Source of the DNA: Candidatus Poriferisocius sp.
GTDB taxonomy: Bacteria > Actinomycetota > Acidimicrobiia > Acidimicrobiales > Bin134
DNA: 64,000 bases
Assembly (NCBI RefSeq): GCF_965219815.1
Contig: NZ_OZ244791.1
Coordinates: forward strand, 34,007 to 98,006
Direction: 5' to 3'
Positions 55,172-64,000 of the stretch are shown here, piece by piece. Under the pieces are notes generated by a model. The model had not been told where the DNA came from. It searched no databases and was given only the letters and a program-made list of their open reading frames with translations. Positions within the stretch are counted from its first letter, which is position 1. Each line of letters opens with the position of its first letter. The position numbers were made by a program, and so were the translations under genes.

Positions 55172-57825
55172 GCATGGACTTTCGATTTCCCGAACACCCC
55201 TTGGCTGGCACCACCACCTCTGGCGCCCTAGCCGACCGGCTGATTGCGGCGACCGCGGACAAGATGGCGGAGTTCGAGCAGTCTGCCGCTCCCGGACTGG
55301 AGCTGCCCCGGCTCTATGCCGGCCATGCGGTTCTGGACGACGCCACCGCCGACCTGTTGTACGTTCTGGGGCTGCTCATCGAGTGCGGAGTCGAAGAGGT
55401 GGGCGGGTGCGAACTGCGAGCCCGGATCCCACCGCTGATCGCTTCGCTTGATCCCGCCACGGTGGAGGCGTTCGCCAGCTACCGGGTGGGAGAAACGGTG
55501 CTGCGCATCGGGGGTCTCGATTCCCTACCCTCCGAGCTCCACCAGACCGTGCTCGACGCGGTGCACTCTCCGGGCATCGTCGACCGGCTGGCCGACACTG
55601 ACGCCATCCCGCCCAACTTCGCGGTGGTGGCCTCCCGATGCCTGCGAGCCCTGGCCGAGCTTCGGGGCGGCGAGGCGCCTGCTGAGCTTCCCGATCTACT
55701 CGACCGGGTGCGCTCGATGTTCTCCAGCCCCACGGGCTGGCTGAACGACGGCATGGGCAACTGGGTCCATTACGACATCTACACCCCGGATATGTACCTG
55801 TTTGCCGAGCCGCTGGCCGATCAGCTCGGTCCGGGGTGGGCCAGCGGGCTTTCAAAGGTGCTTACCGACCTCGACGAGGTGGCTCAGCCCGGAGGAGCCA
55901 TCGTGTGGGGTAGGTCTATCGGTGCGCTGGGCATGGCCATCACCATCGAGCTGGCCGCTATTGCCGCGGGGCGCGACCTCGACGTACCCCAAGACCGCTG
56001 GCTGGCCCGAGCCGATGCGACTCTTGACGATCTTGTGGAGTGGTTCCCCAACGGGGTCATCGCCGCTCACCAAAACCGGGCCGCCATGTTCTACCGCGGC
56101 CCGGCCCGACGGCTTCAGATGACCCTGGACATCTACGGCAAGCTGCTGCTCTCCGCCCTCGAACTGCGCCAGAGGCCTGACGTGGTCGGCGCTGCTTCCA
56201 CCGACGCCTATCTCCCTGCGGAACGCTTCATCTCATTCGACGATTCCCAGCGGGCCACGGTGTGGTCGTACCGGGCCAAGCCGCTGTCGTTCGCCCTGCC
56301 CACGGTGTTCGGATTCTCAGCCGACTACGCCGCCTCTCCGCGGAGCCCGGGCCTATTTGAGCAGCCCACCTCCGGCCATCCGGTGATGCTGCCGGTGATC
56401 ACCCCACTGGGGCGAGACGACCGCACCGGCACCAGCAATGCTCCCCTGGTCCCGGCGGGCTTGCCCACCTCGGTGGAGCACAACCCGGGCTCGGTCACCA
56501 TCGTCCACGACGGGTGGGCGCCAGCGGGCAGCGACGAGCCGACGGTGGCGGGCCGTCGTACTGCCACCTACCGGGTGGAGGGGCGCTCGCTGGTTGTTGC
56601 TGAGCACCTCCAATTCGACGACCCTGACCTTCCCGGCCCGCTGACCCTCACGGTGGCCGAGCCTGCCGGACGACCGCTGGACGTGGAGTTCGACGCCGGT
56701 CGGGTGCAGGCCATCGACACCTCGGGGATCGCGGAGTGGCGCAGCTTCTGGGGTGAGCTGCCCCGGGTGTACCAGGCTGAACTCGAACCCGCTGCCATGG
56801 TGAACTTCACCTGGAAGGTCACCCCCCGGCTGCGGGTGGCCAGCACCATTCACGGGCACCCCTACGACCGCTCGCTGTACGACCCGCTGGCCGACCGGGT
56901 GGTGGCACTCGGCGCAGGCATCCCCGACGACAAGCTGGTGCAGAGGCTCCACGAAATCGACGTGCTGCACATGGCCTGGCCGGAATGGTGGAGCGGTGTC
57001 GACCCTCAACGCACCGCCGAGGTGCTGGCGCAGGTGAAGGCCACCGGAACCGCCATCGTGTGGACCCAGCACAACCTGCTACCCCACTTCTTCAAGACCG
57101 ACGAGGCCGCAGCCAGCTACCAGCTATGGGCCGAAGCGGCCGACGCGGTCATCCACCACAGCCAGGCCGGCTACGACGTGGCATTGGCCACCTACCAATA
57201 CGGTCCCAACACCGAGCACCACGTCATCCCCCACGGCCATTGGGGGCGCGAGTACGAGGCGGTGGCCCACACCACCCGCGAAGATGTCGAGTTGGCCGAG
57301 GGCTGGGCACCATGCAGGCTGCGGGTGGCGGTTATCGGGACCCCTCGGGTGGAAAAGAACCTCCAGCTGGTGGTCGACGCGGTGCATGCATGCGCCCGGG
57401 ACGACATCCAGCTGGTGATCCGTGTGGACCTGTCGGTGGCCGTTCCCGACGATCCCCGGATCATCGCCGAGTTCGGCCATCTCGATTTCAACCAGTACCT
57501 GCGGCGCGTGAAGGCCTTCGACGCGGTGATCCTCCCGTTCGCCCCCTCCGGGATGCTCACCACCGGCACCGCGTTCGACTGCATCGGAGCAGGCGTGCCC
57601 GCCATCACCAGCAACTGGGACTTCTTCGACGAGACCTTCGCCGGCGCCGACATCCGCTACGGAGAAACCGTCGAAGACCTCACCCGGTGCCTCGACAATC
57701 TCACCCCGGAAGACTTGGACCGCTCCCGCCAAACCCTGATCGACCTACGCCCCGCCTTCGACTGGGAACCGATTGCCGACCAAACCTTGGCCGTGCTTGA
57801 AGCGGCCGCCCTCAGCAAGGCTTGA
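55168..57825 (+). CDS. 885-aa hypothetical protein, possibly with a C-terminal glycosyltransferase-like domain
   Basis: ATG overlaps the upstream stop (ATGA). Long ORF with coding-type composition. The C-terminal third has a GT-B-like alternating pattern, which is a weak call. Confidence 0.5.
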   Translation: MSMDFRFPEHPLAGTTTSGALADRLIAATADKMAEFEQSAAPGLELPRLYAGHAVLDDATADLLYVLGLLIECGVEEVGGCELRARIPPLIASLDPATVEAFASYRVGETVLRIGGLDSLPSELHQTVLDAVHSPGIVDRLADTDAIPPNFAVVASRCLRALAELRGGEAPAELPDLLDRVRSMFSSPTGWLNDGMGNWVHYDIYTPDMYLFAEPLADQLGPGWASGLSKVLTDLDEVAQPGGAIVWGRSIGALGMAITIELAAIAAGRDLDVPQDRWLARADATLDDLVEWFPNGVIAAHQNRAAMFYRGPARRLQMTLDIYGKLLLSALELRQRPDVVGAASTDAYLPAERFISFDDSQRATVWSYRAKPLSFALPTVFGFSADYAASPRSPGLFEQPTSGHPVMLPVITPLGRDDRTGTSNAPLVPAGLPTSVEHNPGSVTIVHDGWAPAGSDEPTVAGRRTATYRVEGRSLVVAEHLQFDDPDLPGPLTLTVAEPAGRPLDVEFDAGRVQAIDTSGIAEWRSFWGELPRVYQAELEPAAMVNFTWKVTPRLRVASTIHGHPYDRSLYDPLADRVVALGAGIPDDKLVQRLHEIDVLHMAWPEWWSGVDPQRTAEVLAQVKATGTAIVWTQHNLLPHFFKTDEAAASYQLWAEAADAVIHHSQAGYDVALATYQYGPNTEHHVIPHGHWGREYEAVAHTTREDVELAEGWAPCRLRVAVIGTPRVEKNLQLVVDAVHACARDDIQLVIRVDLSVAVPDDPRIIAEFGHLDFNQYLRRVKAFDAVILPFAPSGMLTTGTAFDCIGAGVPAITSNWDFFDETFAGADIRYGETVEDLTRCLDNLTPEDLDRSRQTLIDLRPAFDWEPIADQTLAVLEAAALSKA

Positions 57826-57837
57826 GGGCTTCAACCG

Positions 57838-58104
57838 TCAAACGATGGCAGGCACCAGCAGCGTGATCCAGATGGTGAGCATGAACCCCACCATGGTGGT
57901 CATGATGAGGCGAGTGTGCTTGGAGATTGCGGAGTCAACATACGACCGCATTTCAGCGCTCAGAACTCTCAGGTCGTCTTTGGTGGCCAGTTGGTCTCGC
58001 CCTTCGGGGATGATGCAGTTCATGAGCGTCTCGGTGGCCTCCTTGCCGATGGCCAATACCAGCCGGTTGGCCAACTCCGTGCGCTCGATTTCGGTTACTG
58101 CCAT
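57838..58104 (-). CDS. small C-terminally membrane-anchored coiled-coil protein (DUF1640-like)
   Basis: ATG 58104 preceded by GGAGGG. C-terminal hydrophobic helix MTTMVGFMLTIWITLLVPAIV. Confidence 0.5.
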   Translation of the reverse strand: MAVTEIERTELANRLVLAIGKEATETLMNCIIPEGRDQLATKDDLRVLSAEMRSYVDSAISKHTRLIMTTMVGFMLTIWITLLVPAIV

Positions 58105-58243
58105 GGGTTCCCTCCATCGTCTCTTGGATTCTGAGGGGAACCCTTTATGCTCAGGGGCGGTGCCGGTTCCGACTGCTTTCGTCAGGGTACAGAAGGCAAC
58201 CGGCTGAAGCAACCACCTATAAGCCCCTGATAGAGGACACCCC

Positions 58244-59071
58244 ATGAGCGAGTACAGATACGTCGATTACGAGACCGCAGACGCGGTGGCCACCATCACA
58301 CTGGCCCGACCGGAAAAGGCCAACGCCCAGAACGAGCGGATGCTCGATGAGTTGCACCACCACTTCTTGGCTGCGGAGTACGACGACGACGTGAAGGTGA
58401 TCGTGCTGCGGGGCGAGGGCAGGCACTTCTCGGCCGGCCACGATCTTGGCGGGGGCGACCCCGACCCCGACGCCGTGTCGCTGGCCGAGGCCGACGGCAG
58501 CTGGCAGCTGAACAAGATCTACCGCTGGGAGGCCCGCAAGTACCTGGGCTACTCGTGGCACTGGCGCAACATCCCCAAGCCCACCATCGGGGCCATCCAG
58601 GGCAAGGCCATCGCCGGGGCACTCAACCTGATCTGGCCGCTGGATCTGCTGGTGGTGGCCGACGACGTGGAGTTCTCCGACCCGGTGGTGCTGATGGCCA
58701 TCGGCGGGGTGGAGTACCACGGCCACACCTGGGAGTTGGGCGCCCGCCGGGCCAAAGACCTGCTGTTCACCCAGCGCACGCTGGGGGCCGAAGAAGCCGT
58801 CCAGATCGGGGTTGCCCGGGAGGTTGTTCCCCGCGACCAACTCTGGGAGCGCACTCATGAACTGGCCGCGCAAATCGCCCAGAACAACGCCTTCGGTTTG
58901 GCCCAGGCCAAGCGGGCGGTGAACCAGACTCTCGATGTGCAGGGCTACTACACCGCCCTTCAATCGGTGTTCGACGTGCACCACACCGGCCACGGCAACG
59001 CCATCAGCGTCAGCGGCTATCCCATCTTGATGCAGCTCGACGAGATGAAGCAGAACCTGAAGAAGCAGTAG
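58244..59071 (+). CDS. enoyl-CoA hydratase/isomerase (crotonase) family protein
   Basis: ATITLARPEKANAQN, FSAGHDL and GAIQGKAIAGAL are crotonase-fold blocks. Confidence 0.85.
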   Translation: MSEYRYVDYETADAVATITLARPEKANAQNERMLDELHHHFLAAEYDDDVKVIVLRGEGRHFSAGHDLGGGDPDPDAVSLAEADGSWQLNKIYRWEARKYLGYSWHWRNIPKPTIGAIQGKAIAGALNLIWPLDLLVVADDVEFSDPVVLMAIGGVEYHGHTWELGARRAKDLLFTQRTLGAEEAVQIGVAREVVPRDQLWERTHELAAQIAQNNAFGLAQAKRAVNQTLDVQGYYTALQSVFDVHHTGHGNAISVSGYPILMQLDEMKQNLKKQ

Positions 59072-59115
59072 CCGCCTGATGCCGCAGAATCGCCCCGACC
59101 GCTAGCCGGCCCGGA

Positions 59116-60459
59116 ATGGCTACCGACTACGACGCCATCTTCAAGGCCTACGACGTTCGGGGCACCGTGGGCGATCAAATAGACGCCGATGGGGCTCGGG
59201 CCATCGGAGGCGCCTTCGCCCGGTTCGTGGCCTCATCGGGGGCTGCCGCGGTGCTGGTCGGGCGGGACATGCGCCCCGAGGGCGAAGAATTCTCTGCCGC
59301 GTTCGGCGAAGGCGCGATGGACCACGGCATCGACGTGGTGGACATGGGACTGTGCGCCACCGACATGCTCTATTACGCCTCGGGCTACCTTGATCTGCCC
59401 GGAGCGGTGTTCACCGCCTCCCACAATCCCGCGGGCTACAACGGTATCAAGATGTGCGGCGCGGGTGCCGCGCCCATCGGCGCCGACACCGGGTTGGAGA
59501 ACATCAAGGCCATGGCCATCGCCGGCCCCGATCCGTCAGCTGCCAAGGGCAACCGCACAAGCCGCGAATTGCTGAGCGACTACGTCGCCCATGTCCGCTC
59601 GTTCGTAAACGTGGACGCGCTGGCCCCCCTGCTGGTGGTGGCCGACACCGCCAACGGCATGGGCGGCCTGGTAGTGCCCGCGGTGTTCGAGGGTCTGCCT
59701 CTCGTGCTTGACCACCTGTATCCCGAGTTGGACGGCACCTTCCCCAACCACCCGGCCGATCCTCTACAGCCGAAGAACCTACGAGACCTCCAAAGCCGGG
59801 TGCTGGAAGTGGACGCCGATGTGGGGATGGCCTTCGACGGCGATGCCGACCGCATGTTCTTGGTGGACGAAAACGCCCGACCGGTGTCGGGGTCGTCGAC
59901 CACCGCCATCATCGCCCGCACGGTCTTGGAGCGGGAACCCGGCGCCAGCATCATCCACAACCTGATCTGCTCTCGGACCGTTCCCGAAGCGATCGCCGAG
60001 GCGGGTGGCACCGCGGTGCGAACCAAAGTAGGCCACTCCATCATCAAGCAGGCCATGGCCGACACCGGTGCCATATTCGGAGGGGAGCACTCGGGCCACT
60101 ACTACTTCCGGGATAACTATCGGGCCGACAGCGGCCTGATCGCCGCCCTGATGGTGCTGGAAGCCCTCAGCAGCCACCCAGCGGGCCTGTCCGATCTCGT
60201 GTCGGACTTCGACCGCTATGCCTCATCGGGAGAGCTCAACACCACGGTGGACGACGCGGCAGTGGTGATCGAGCGGGTGGCGGCCGCCTACCCGAATGCC
60301 CGCCAAGACCGCCTCGACGGGCTCACCGTGGACCTGGGCGACTGGTGGTTCAATCTGCGCCCCTCCAATACCGAACCCCTGCTTCGGCTCAATCTCGAGG
60401 CCCCCACCTGCGACGAAGTGCAGCAGAGGGTGGCCGAAATCCAGGCCCTTATCGCTTGA
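59116..60459 (+). CDS. phosphomannomutase/phosphoglucomutase
   Basis: Active-site loop TASHNPAGYNGIK. Metal loop FDGDADR. GEHSGHY sugar-binding loop. Confidence 0.9.
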   Translation: MATDYDAIFKAYDVRGTVGDQIDADGARAIGGAFARFVASSGAAAVLVGRDMRPEGEEFSAAFGEGAMDHGIDVVDMGLCATDMLYYASGYLDLPGAVFTASHNPAGYNGIKMCGAGAAPIGADTGLENIKAMAIAGPDPSAAKGNRTSRELLSDYVAHVRSFVNVDALAPLLVVADTANGMGGLVVPAVFEGLPLVLDHLYPELDGTFPNHPADPLQPKNLRDLQSRVLEVDADVGMAFDGDADRMFLVDENARPVSGSSTTAIIARTVLEREPGASIIHNLICSRTVPEAIAEAGGTAVRTKVGHSIIKQAMADTGAIFGGEHSGHYYFRDNYRADSGLIAALMVLEALSSHPAGLSDLVSDFDRYASSGELNTTVDDAAVVIERVAAAYPNARQDRLDGLTVDLGDWWFNLRPSNTEPLLRLNLEAPTCDEVQQRVAEIQALIA

Positions 60460-60504
60460 ATTACGCGCCGTTTCAAGCCCACATCCCGGTTTAATGAATG
60501 ACAC

Positions 60505-60549
60505 AGCCGGGGAGAGGAATGCCCCCCTCCCATCCTCCTCTCCCCGGCT
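60505..60549. terminator. 14-bp-stem hairpin between convergent genes (possible bidirectional terminator)
   Basis: AGCCGGGGAGAGGA (60505-60518) and TCCTCTCCCCGGCT (60536-60549) are perfect complements with a 17-nt loop. No clear U-tract. Confidence 0.35.
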
Positions 60550-60623
60550 GCGCCGTAATTTAGTGGTTTCGTTCCAACCTCGCACGACGGGTCGCGGGGG
60601 AGGGTCTTCGATCAGGGCAAGCG

Positions 60624-61319
60624 CTAGGAAACGGGGGTCAGCTCCAGAGTGGCCAACAGGGCCTGGACACGGCCCCTGATGTCGTCCCGAATGGGACGCA
60701 CTGCCTCGATGGGTTGCCCGGAGGGGTCGTCCAACTCCCAGTCTTCGTAGCGCTTGCCGGGATAGATGGGGCAGGCATCACCGCAACCCATGCTCACGAT
60801 CACATCGGCGGCTCGGGCGATCTCGTCGGTCCATGGCTTGGGGTACTCCTGGGAGACGTCGATGCCATCCTCGGCCATGGCCGCCACCACCACCTTGTTG
60901 GTGTCAAAACCGGGGTCGGAGCCGCCGGTGAACACGTCCACCCGGTCGCCAGCCAAATGACGCAGGTAGCCGGCGGCCATTTGGGAGCGCCCCGCGTTGT
61001 GGACGCACAGGAACAGCACGCCGGGCCGGTCCAAGGTGCCCACCTCCAAGCGGGCCAAAGCAACCAGCCGGTCGTGGGTGAATCGCTCGATCAGCACCGG
61101 CAACCAGGTGGCGAATTTGGCCCGGCTCTCCAGCCGGGTCTGCGAGTCGGTGATGTACCGCTCGATGGTCTCGGCGTTGAAGGTGCCCTCAAACTTGGTC
61201 TTCAGCCGTTGGGCAGCCTGCTTGATCAACAAGATCTGCTCAGTGGTCAGCTTGACCTGCGGCTCCAACGAAGACTGCTCATCCATCCAGGCATTCTCGC
61301 CTGCCCAATTGGAGGCCAC
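60624..61319 (-). CDS. arsC: LMW-PTP-type arsenate reductase with an N-terminal helical extension
   Basis: CX5R P-loop LFLCVHNAGRSQMA. Distal GCGDACP Cys pair. Confidence 0.8.
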   Translation of the reverse strand: MASNWAGENAWMDEQSSLEPQVKLTTEQILLIKQAAQRLKTKFEGTFNAETIERYITDSQTRLESRAKFATWLPVLIERFTHDRLVALARLEVGTLDRPGVLFLCVHNAGRSQMAAGYLRHLAGDRVDVFTGGSDPGFDTNKVVVAAMAEDGIDVSQEYPKPWTDEIARAADVIVSMGCGDACPIYPGKRYEDWELDDPSGQPIEAVRPIRDDIRGRVQALLATLELTPVS

Positions 61320-61364
61320 TTGGAAACCAAGTGAACACTCCCTAGACCGAAGGTGAATTGTGGC

Positions 61365-62192
61365 CTAGCCGATGGTGATCAGGGTGGTGCCGGCCAGCAC
61401 GGCGGCGATGCCCATGGCCTGCCACCAGCGCAGGGTGTCGTCGTCGAAGATTACGGCCATAGCGATGGTGACCACCGGGTAGAGCGAGCCAGCCACTGAC
61501 ACCTCCCCCACTGGGCCGCGCTGCACCCCCGCGATGAAAGACGCCATGCCCAAGCCGCCGGCGATGCCTCCGGCCAGGCCGGCCAGCCGCAGGAAGCGGG
61601 GCAGGATCTGGGGGATGCGCCTAGCCCGGGTGACCATCAGCATGAACACCAGGGCGGCGGCCCTCTGGGTGGCGGCGGGCCACATGCCGCTGTCCACGCT
61701 GGTTCGATCCAGTAACACGATGGCCGCGGTGAAGGCGAGACCGCCGAGGATGGCGTAGGCGATGCCTGTGCCGACGTTTGTCACGGTCTGGGGCACGATC
61801 ACGGCCAAAAGCAACCCGGCCACGGCCACCGCGATGCCGATGTTGGCCGCCAGAGTGGGGCGTTCGCCGGTGGCCAGCCCATAGATCAGCGGCCCCAACG
61901 ATGTGAACGCGGCCACGATCGGCGAGGCGATGGCCGACGAGGATACGGCCAAGCTGTGCCACATAGCCGAGAGGGCGATGGCGATGAGTGCCCCCGAGGC
62001 CGCCCCCAGCAGCAAGTCGGCCGCGGTGATGGCACTGGGCACAATCACTAGCAGCACCATCGTGATGCCCAGCCCGCCCACGAACGCGGTGCCCACCGTG
62101 GTCATGGCCTGGGCGCGCCGACTGCAATATCGCCCGAAGTAATCGGAAACGCCGATCAGCCCCGACGCCAAAGCCCCCAGCAACACCGGCAT
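61365..62192 (-). CDS. EamA/DMT-superfamily membrane transporter
   Basis: 275 aa, about 10 hydrophobic helices, duplicated-halves organisation. Confidence 0.65.
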   Translation of the reverse strand: MPVLLGALASGLIGVSDYFGRYCSRRAQAMTTVGTAFVGGLGITMVLLVIVPSAITAADLLLGAASGALIAIALSAMWHSLAVSSSAIASPIVAAFTSLGPLIYGLATGERPTLAANIGIAVAVAGLLLAVIVPQTVTNVGTGIAYAILGGLAFTAAIVLLDRTSVDSGMWPAATQRAAALVFMLMVTRARRIPQILPRFLRLAGLAGGIAGGLGMASFIAGVQRGPVGEVSVAGSLYPVVTIAMAVIFDDDTLRWWQAMGIAAVLAGTTLITIG

Positions 62193-62252
62193 GCCCCCCG
62201 CACGCTAGTGGCCGGAATGCGAAGATGACGCGCCGGGACCGGGTCTGGATGA

Positions 62253-63539
62253 CTACGCGGCGGGGTTGACGAGGCGGCCTACGAACAAGAGTGCGCCGGT
62301 TTCTTGGTGGGTTATGGCCCAGAGGAAGGGGCGATCAGCGACGACGGTGAGATCGGGCTCGGGAGGCGCAGACTCGACGAAGGCCGCAGCAGTAGCGGCG
62401 GCGGCTTCGGTGCCCTTCTCGTCCACAATCACCTTGGCACCGTGAAGGGCGGCGGTGATGAAGATACCGGGGGCAATGCCGTCGAAACCTGCGCCAGCGC
62501 AGAATCCGAGCGGACAGAGCCATTCGAACAGATCAGTGGGCGGAAGGGTCTGCTCCCATTTGGGCATGGTGACATGGACCAATCCCTCTTGCGCCATATC
62601 GGCCAGCCCCGTTAGGGCTTCGGCGTTGAGGGAATCCTCGACAGCGGCGAGTCCGACGAGTTCGTGGGGGACGATAAGCCACATGGCCAATTCACCCCCC
62701 TGATAGGGGAGTTCCACCGCATCGGCGTGGATAAATCGGACAAAACGACGTTCAATGGGGTCGTAGTCGCGCATGAACGGCGCCGCCACTTGCTGGCCGT
62801 CGGCGGTGGTGAACTCGTCAACCCGGGTGAAGTCGGCCAAGAAGGGCACCAGCCAGTCGGCCTTCAGATAAACGGTGTTCACCAAGATCAGCTTCTGGTT
62901 CCTGACCGAGTTCTCATTGACGATGGTGGGAACAAGCCCGCGGGTGCGTTCCGACACCCAGCCGTTGATGGCACTTGCTGCATTACCGGCATCAGCAGTG
63001 TCGACTGGTTGGATGGCCGCTCCATAATGGGCTGAGGCGATGTCAATGAAGGCCGACAGTGGCAGGAACTCGTCATCAGGAAAGAGCCGATTGGCCACTT
63101 CCAAAGTGATGGGATCGGCCGATGCCTCCGCCAATCGGAGAGAGACGGCGTTGGCGGCACTGTGGATGCCCATCTCCGGAAACCCAAAGATTCTGTCAAG
63201 TGTTTCCCCGGAATCAGCCGATGCTCCGGCCCGGCTGAGGCTGAATGCGATGCCAATGCTCATCGGGCTGGATACGGCGTTTCCCTCTAGATGTCGGTGG
63301 AAGTCCCATCCGGCGGCGTTGAGTCCGGCTACCCACTCGCTTGCGGGGGCTCCCGGATCAACGGGCAGACGAGCAACGGTCGGCGGCAACGCGGTCGATA
63401 CCGCGGGCTCAGGGGCGATGGTTGCGGTGGCAGAAACTTCAGGGGTCGCGGTTGGAGGTGATGCTCTCGTCGTGTCTGTTGAACCGCAGGCCAGCGCGAT
63501 AGAGCCGAGCACGACAATCAAACCGATCAGCTTCGCCAT
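62253..63539 (-). CDS. serpin-family protease inhibitor, predicted lipoprotein
   Basis: Start chosen at ATG 63539 (MAKLIGLIVVLGSIALACGS lipobox). Hinge GTEAAAATA. C-terminal signature DRPFLWAITHQETGALLFVGRLVNP. Confidence 0.85.
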   Translation of the reverse strand: MAKLIGLIVVLGSIALACGSTDTTRASPPTATPEVSATATIAPEPAVSTALPPTVARLPVDPGAPASEWVAGLNAAGWDFHRHLEGNAVSSPMSIGIAFSLSRAGASADSGETLDRIFGFPEMGIHSAANAVSLRLAEASADPITLEVANRLFPDDEFLPLSAFIDIASAHYGAAIQPVDTADAGNAASAINGWVSERTRGLVPTIVNENSVRNQKLILVNTVYLKADWLVPFLADFTRVDEFTTADGQQVAAPFMRDYDPIERRFVRFIHADAVELPYQGGELAMWLIVPHELVGLAAVEDSLNAEALTGLADMAQEGLVHVTMPKWEQTLPPTDLFEWLCPLGFCAGAGFDGIAPGIFITAALHGAKVIVDEKGTEAAAATAAAFVESAPPEPDLTVVADRPFLWAITHQETGALLFVGRLVNPAA

Positions 63540-63586
63540 GCTTGTTTGACGCCCCAGACCCATCACTGGTTCCCTGGGGTTGGGAA

Positions 63587-64000
63587 TTAGAGCGCTGCTC
63601 GCAGGGCCACAAGGTCGCGTTGGGCGGACTGAAGGATGTAAGCCGGATTGTCGAATTCGGCGTCGTCGCGGCCGAAGCCCCACATGCCGTGGGAGAACTC
63701 GATGGTCCAGGTGGCTTCAGGGGAGGCGGTGCTTATGGCTTCGGCGGCTGGCCGGAGCACTTCGCTCAATTCGGCGGCGCTGGTGGATTGAGGAACCTCC
63801 GCCACCTGAACGTGAACGTGGCGTACCCGATCTCCGAGCACACCTAACGGCTCCGACCACTCGTCTCGGGCCATGGGGTGAACGTGGACAATGGCCCCCA
63901 AACGGTCGGCGTCGGCAACGGAGTCGAACATGTCGCGGGCCACTTTGGGATCTTCAGCCACCGTTCCAAAGTGGCATTCACACAGCAGCCGGGCGCTCTC
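63587..64000 (-). CDS. 3' part of a CDS continuing beyond the window (possibly a TIM-barrel sugar-phosphate isomerase/epimerase-like protein)
   Basis: Frame is open to the window edge (ESARLLCECHFGTVAEDPKV...). Function is a weak guess. Confidence 0.4.
   Translation of the reverse strand, partial: ESARLLCECHFGTVAEDPKVARDMFDSVADADRLGAIVHVHPMARDEWSEPLGVLGDRVRHVHVQVAEVPQSTSAAELSEVLRPAAEAISTASPEATWTIEFSHGMWGFGRDDAEFDNPAYILQSAQRDLVALRAAL

Noticed and set aside
1-64000. Search by eye for CRISPR arrays, tRNA/rRNA genes, integrases or att-type direct repeats at island borders, and for stop-codon reassignment as an explanation of the two in-frame stops
   Set aside because: I found no regularly spaced repeats, no tRNA-like T-arm or acceptor patterns, and no tyrosine or serine recombinase. 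TAG clearly terminates the conserved gene ending at 1655, and the in-frame TAA is a single isolated case. Nonsense mutation or sequencing error is therefore more parsimonious than recoding.

Overview
High-G+C, actinobacterium-like chromosomal segment; the taxon cannot be determined from the sequence alone. I saw no rRNA, tRNA or CRISPR. Most of the window (about 9.3-38.1 kb and 48.8-64 kb) is densely packed core or catabolic DNA. It carries two glutamine-synthetase-like/P450 modules, extradiol and NicX-like dioxygenases, acyl-CoA dehydrogenases, three aldehyde dehydrogenases, and a Liv-type ABC transporter with a GntR regulator. It also carries an hpa-like FAH/ALDH pair, a phosphomannomutase, ArsC, a serpin and several toxin-antitoxin pairs. 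Two visibly lower-G+C accessory islands interrupt this. Island A (about 1.7-9.2 kb) holds a translationally coupled three-gene operon: a C5 cytosine methyltransferase with one in-frame amber codon, a 962-aa protein, and a 510-aa receiver-domain protein. The 962-aa protein combines a MORC/HSP90-type GHKL ATPase with a complete histidine-kinase core. The 510-aa protein has an unknown output domain. The operon faces a divergently transcribed XRE-ImmA fusion regulator. I consider it the best candidate for an undescribed methyltransferase-linked two-component conflict system. Island B (about 38.1-48.8 kb) holds an IS3-family element that splits an unknown gene, a Type III R-M system (mod, res), and a DUF5343-like/Swt1-like HEPN pair. 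It also holds a two-gene operon encoding a divergent proteasome-beta-like Ntn hydrolase (Thr1/Asp17/Lys35 conserved) plus a 64-aa basic protein. Other notable items are a tandem pair of eukaryote-type sterol C-24 methyltransferase (Erg6/SMT) homologues, the second with an in-frame TAA, and a shared TCGTTTG-N4-CAAACGA operator at two promoters. All functional calls rest on motifs read by eye and recalled family knowledge. No database search or computation was run.
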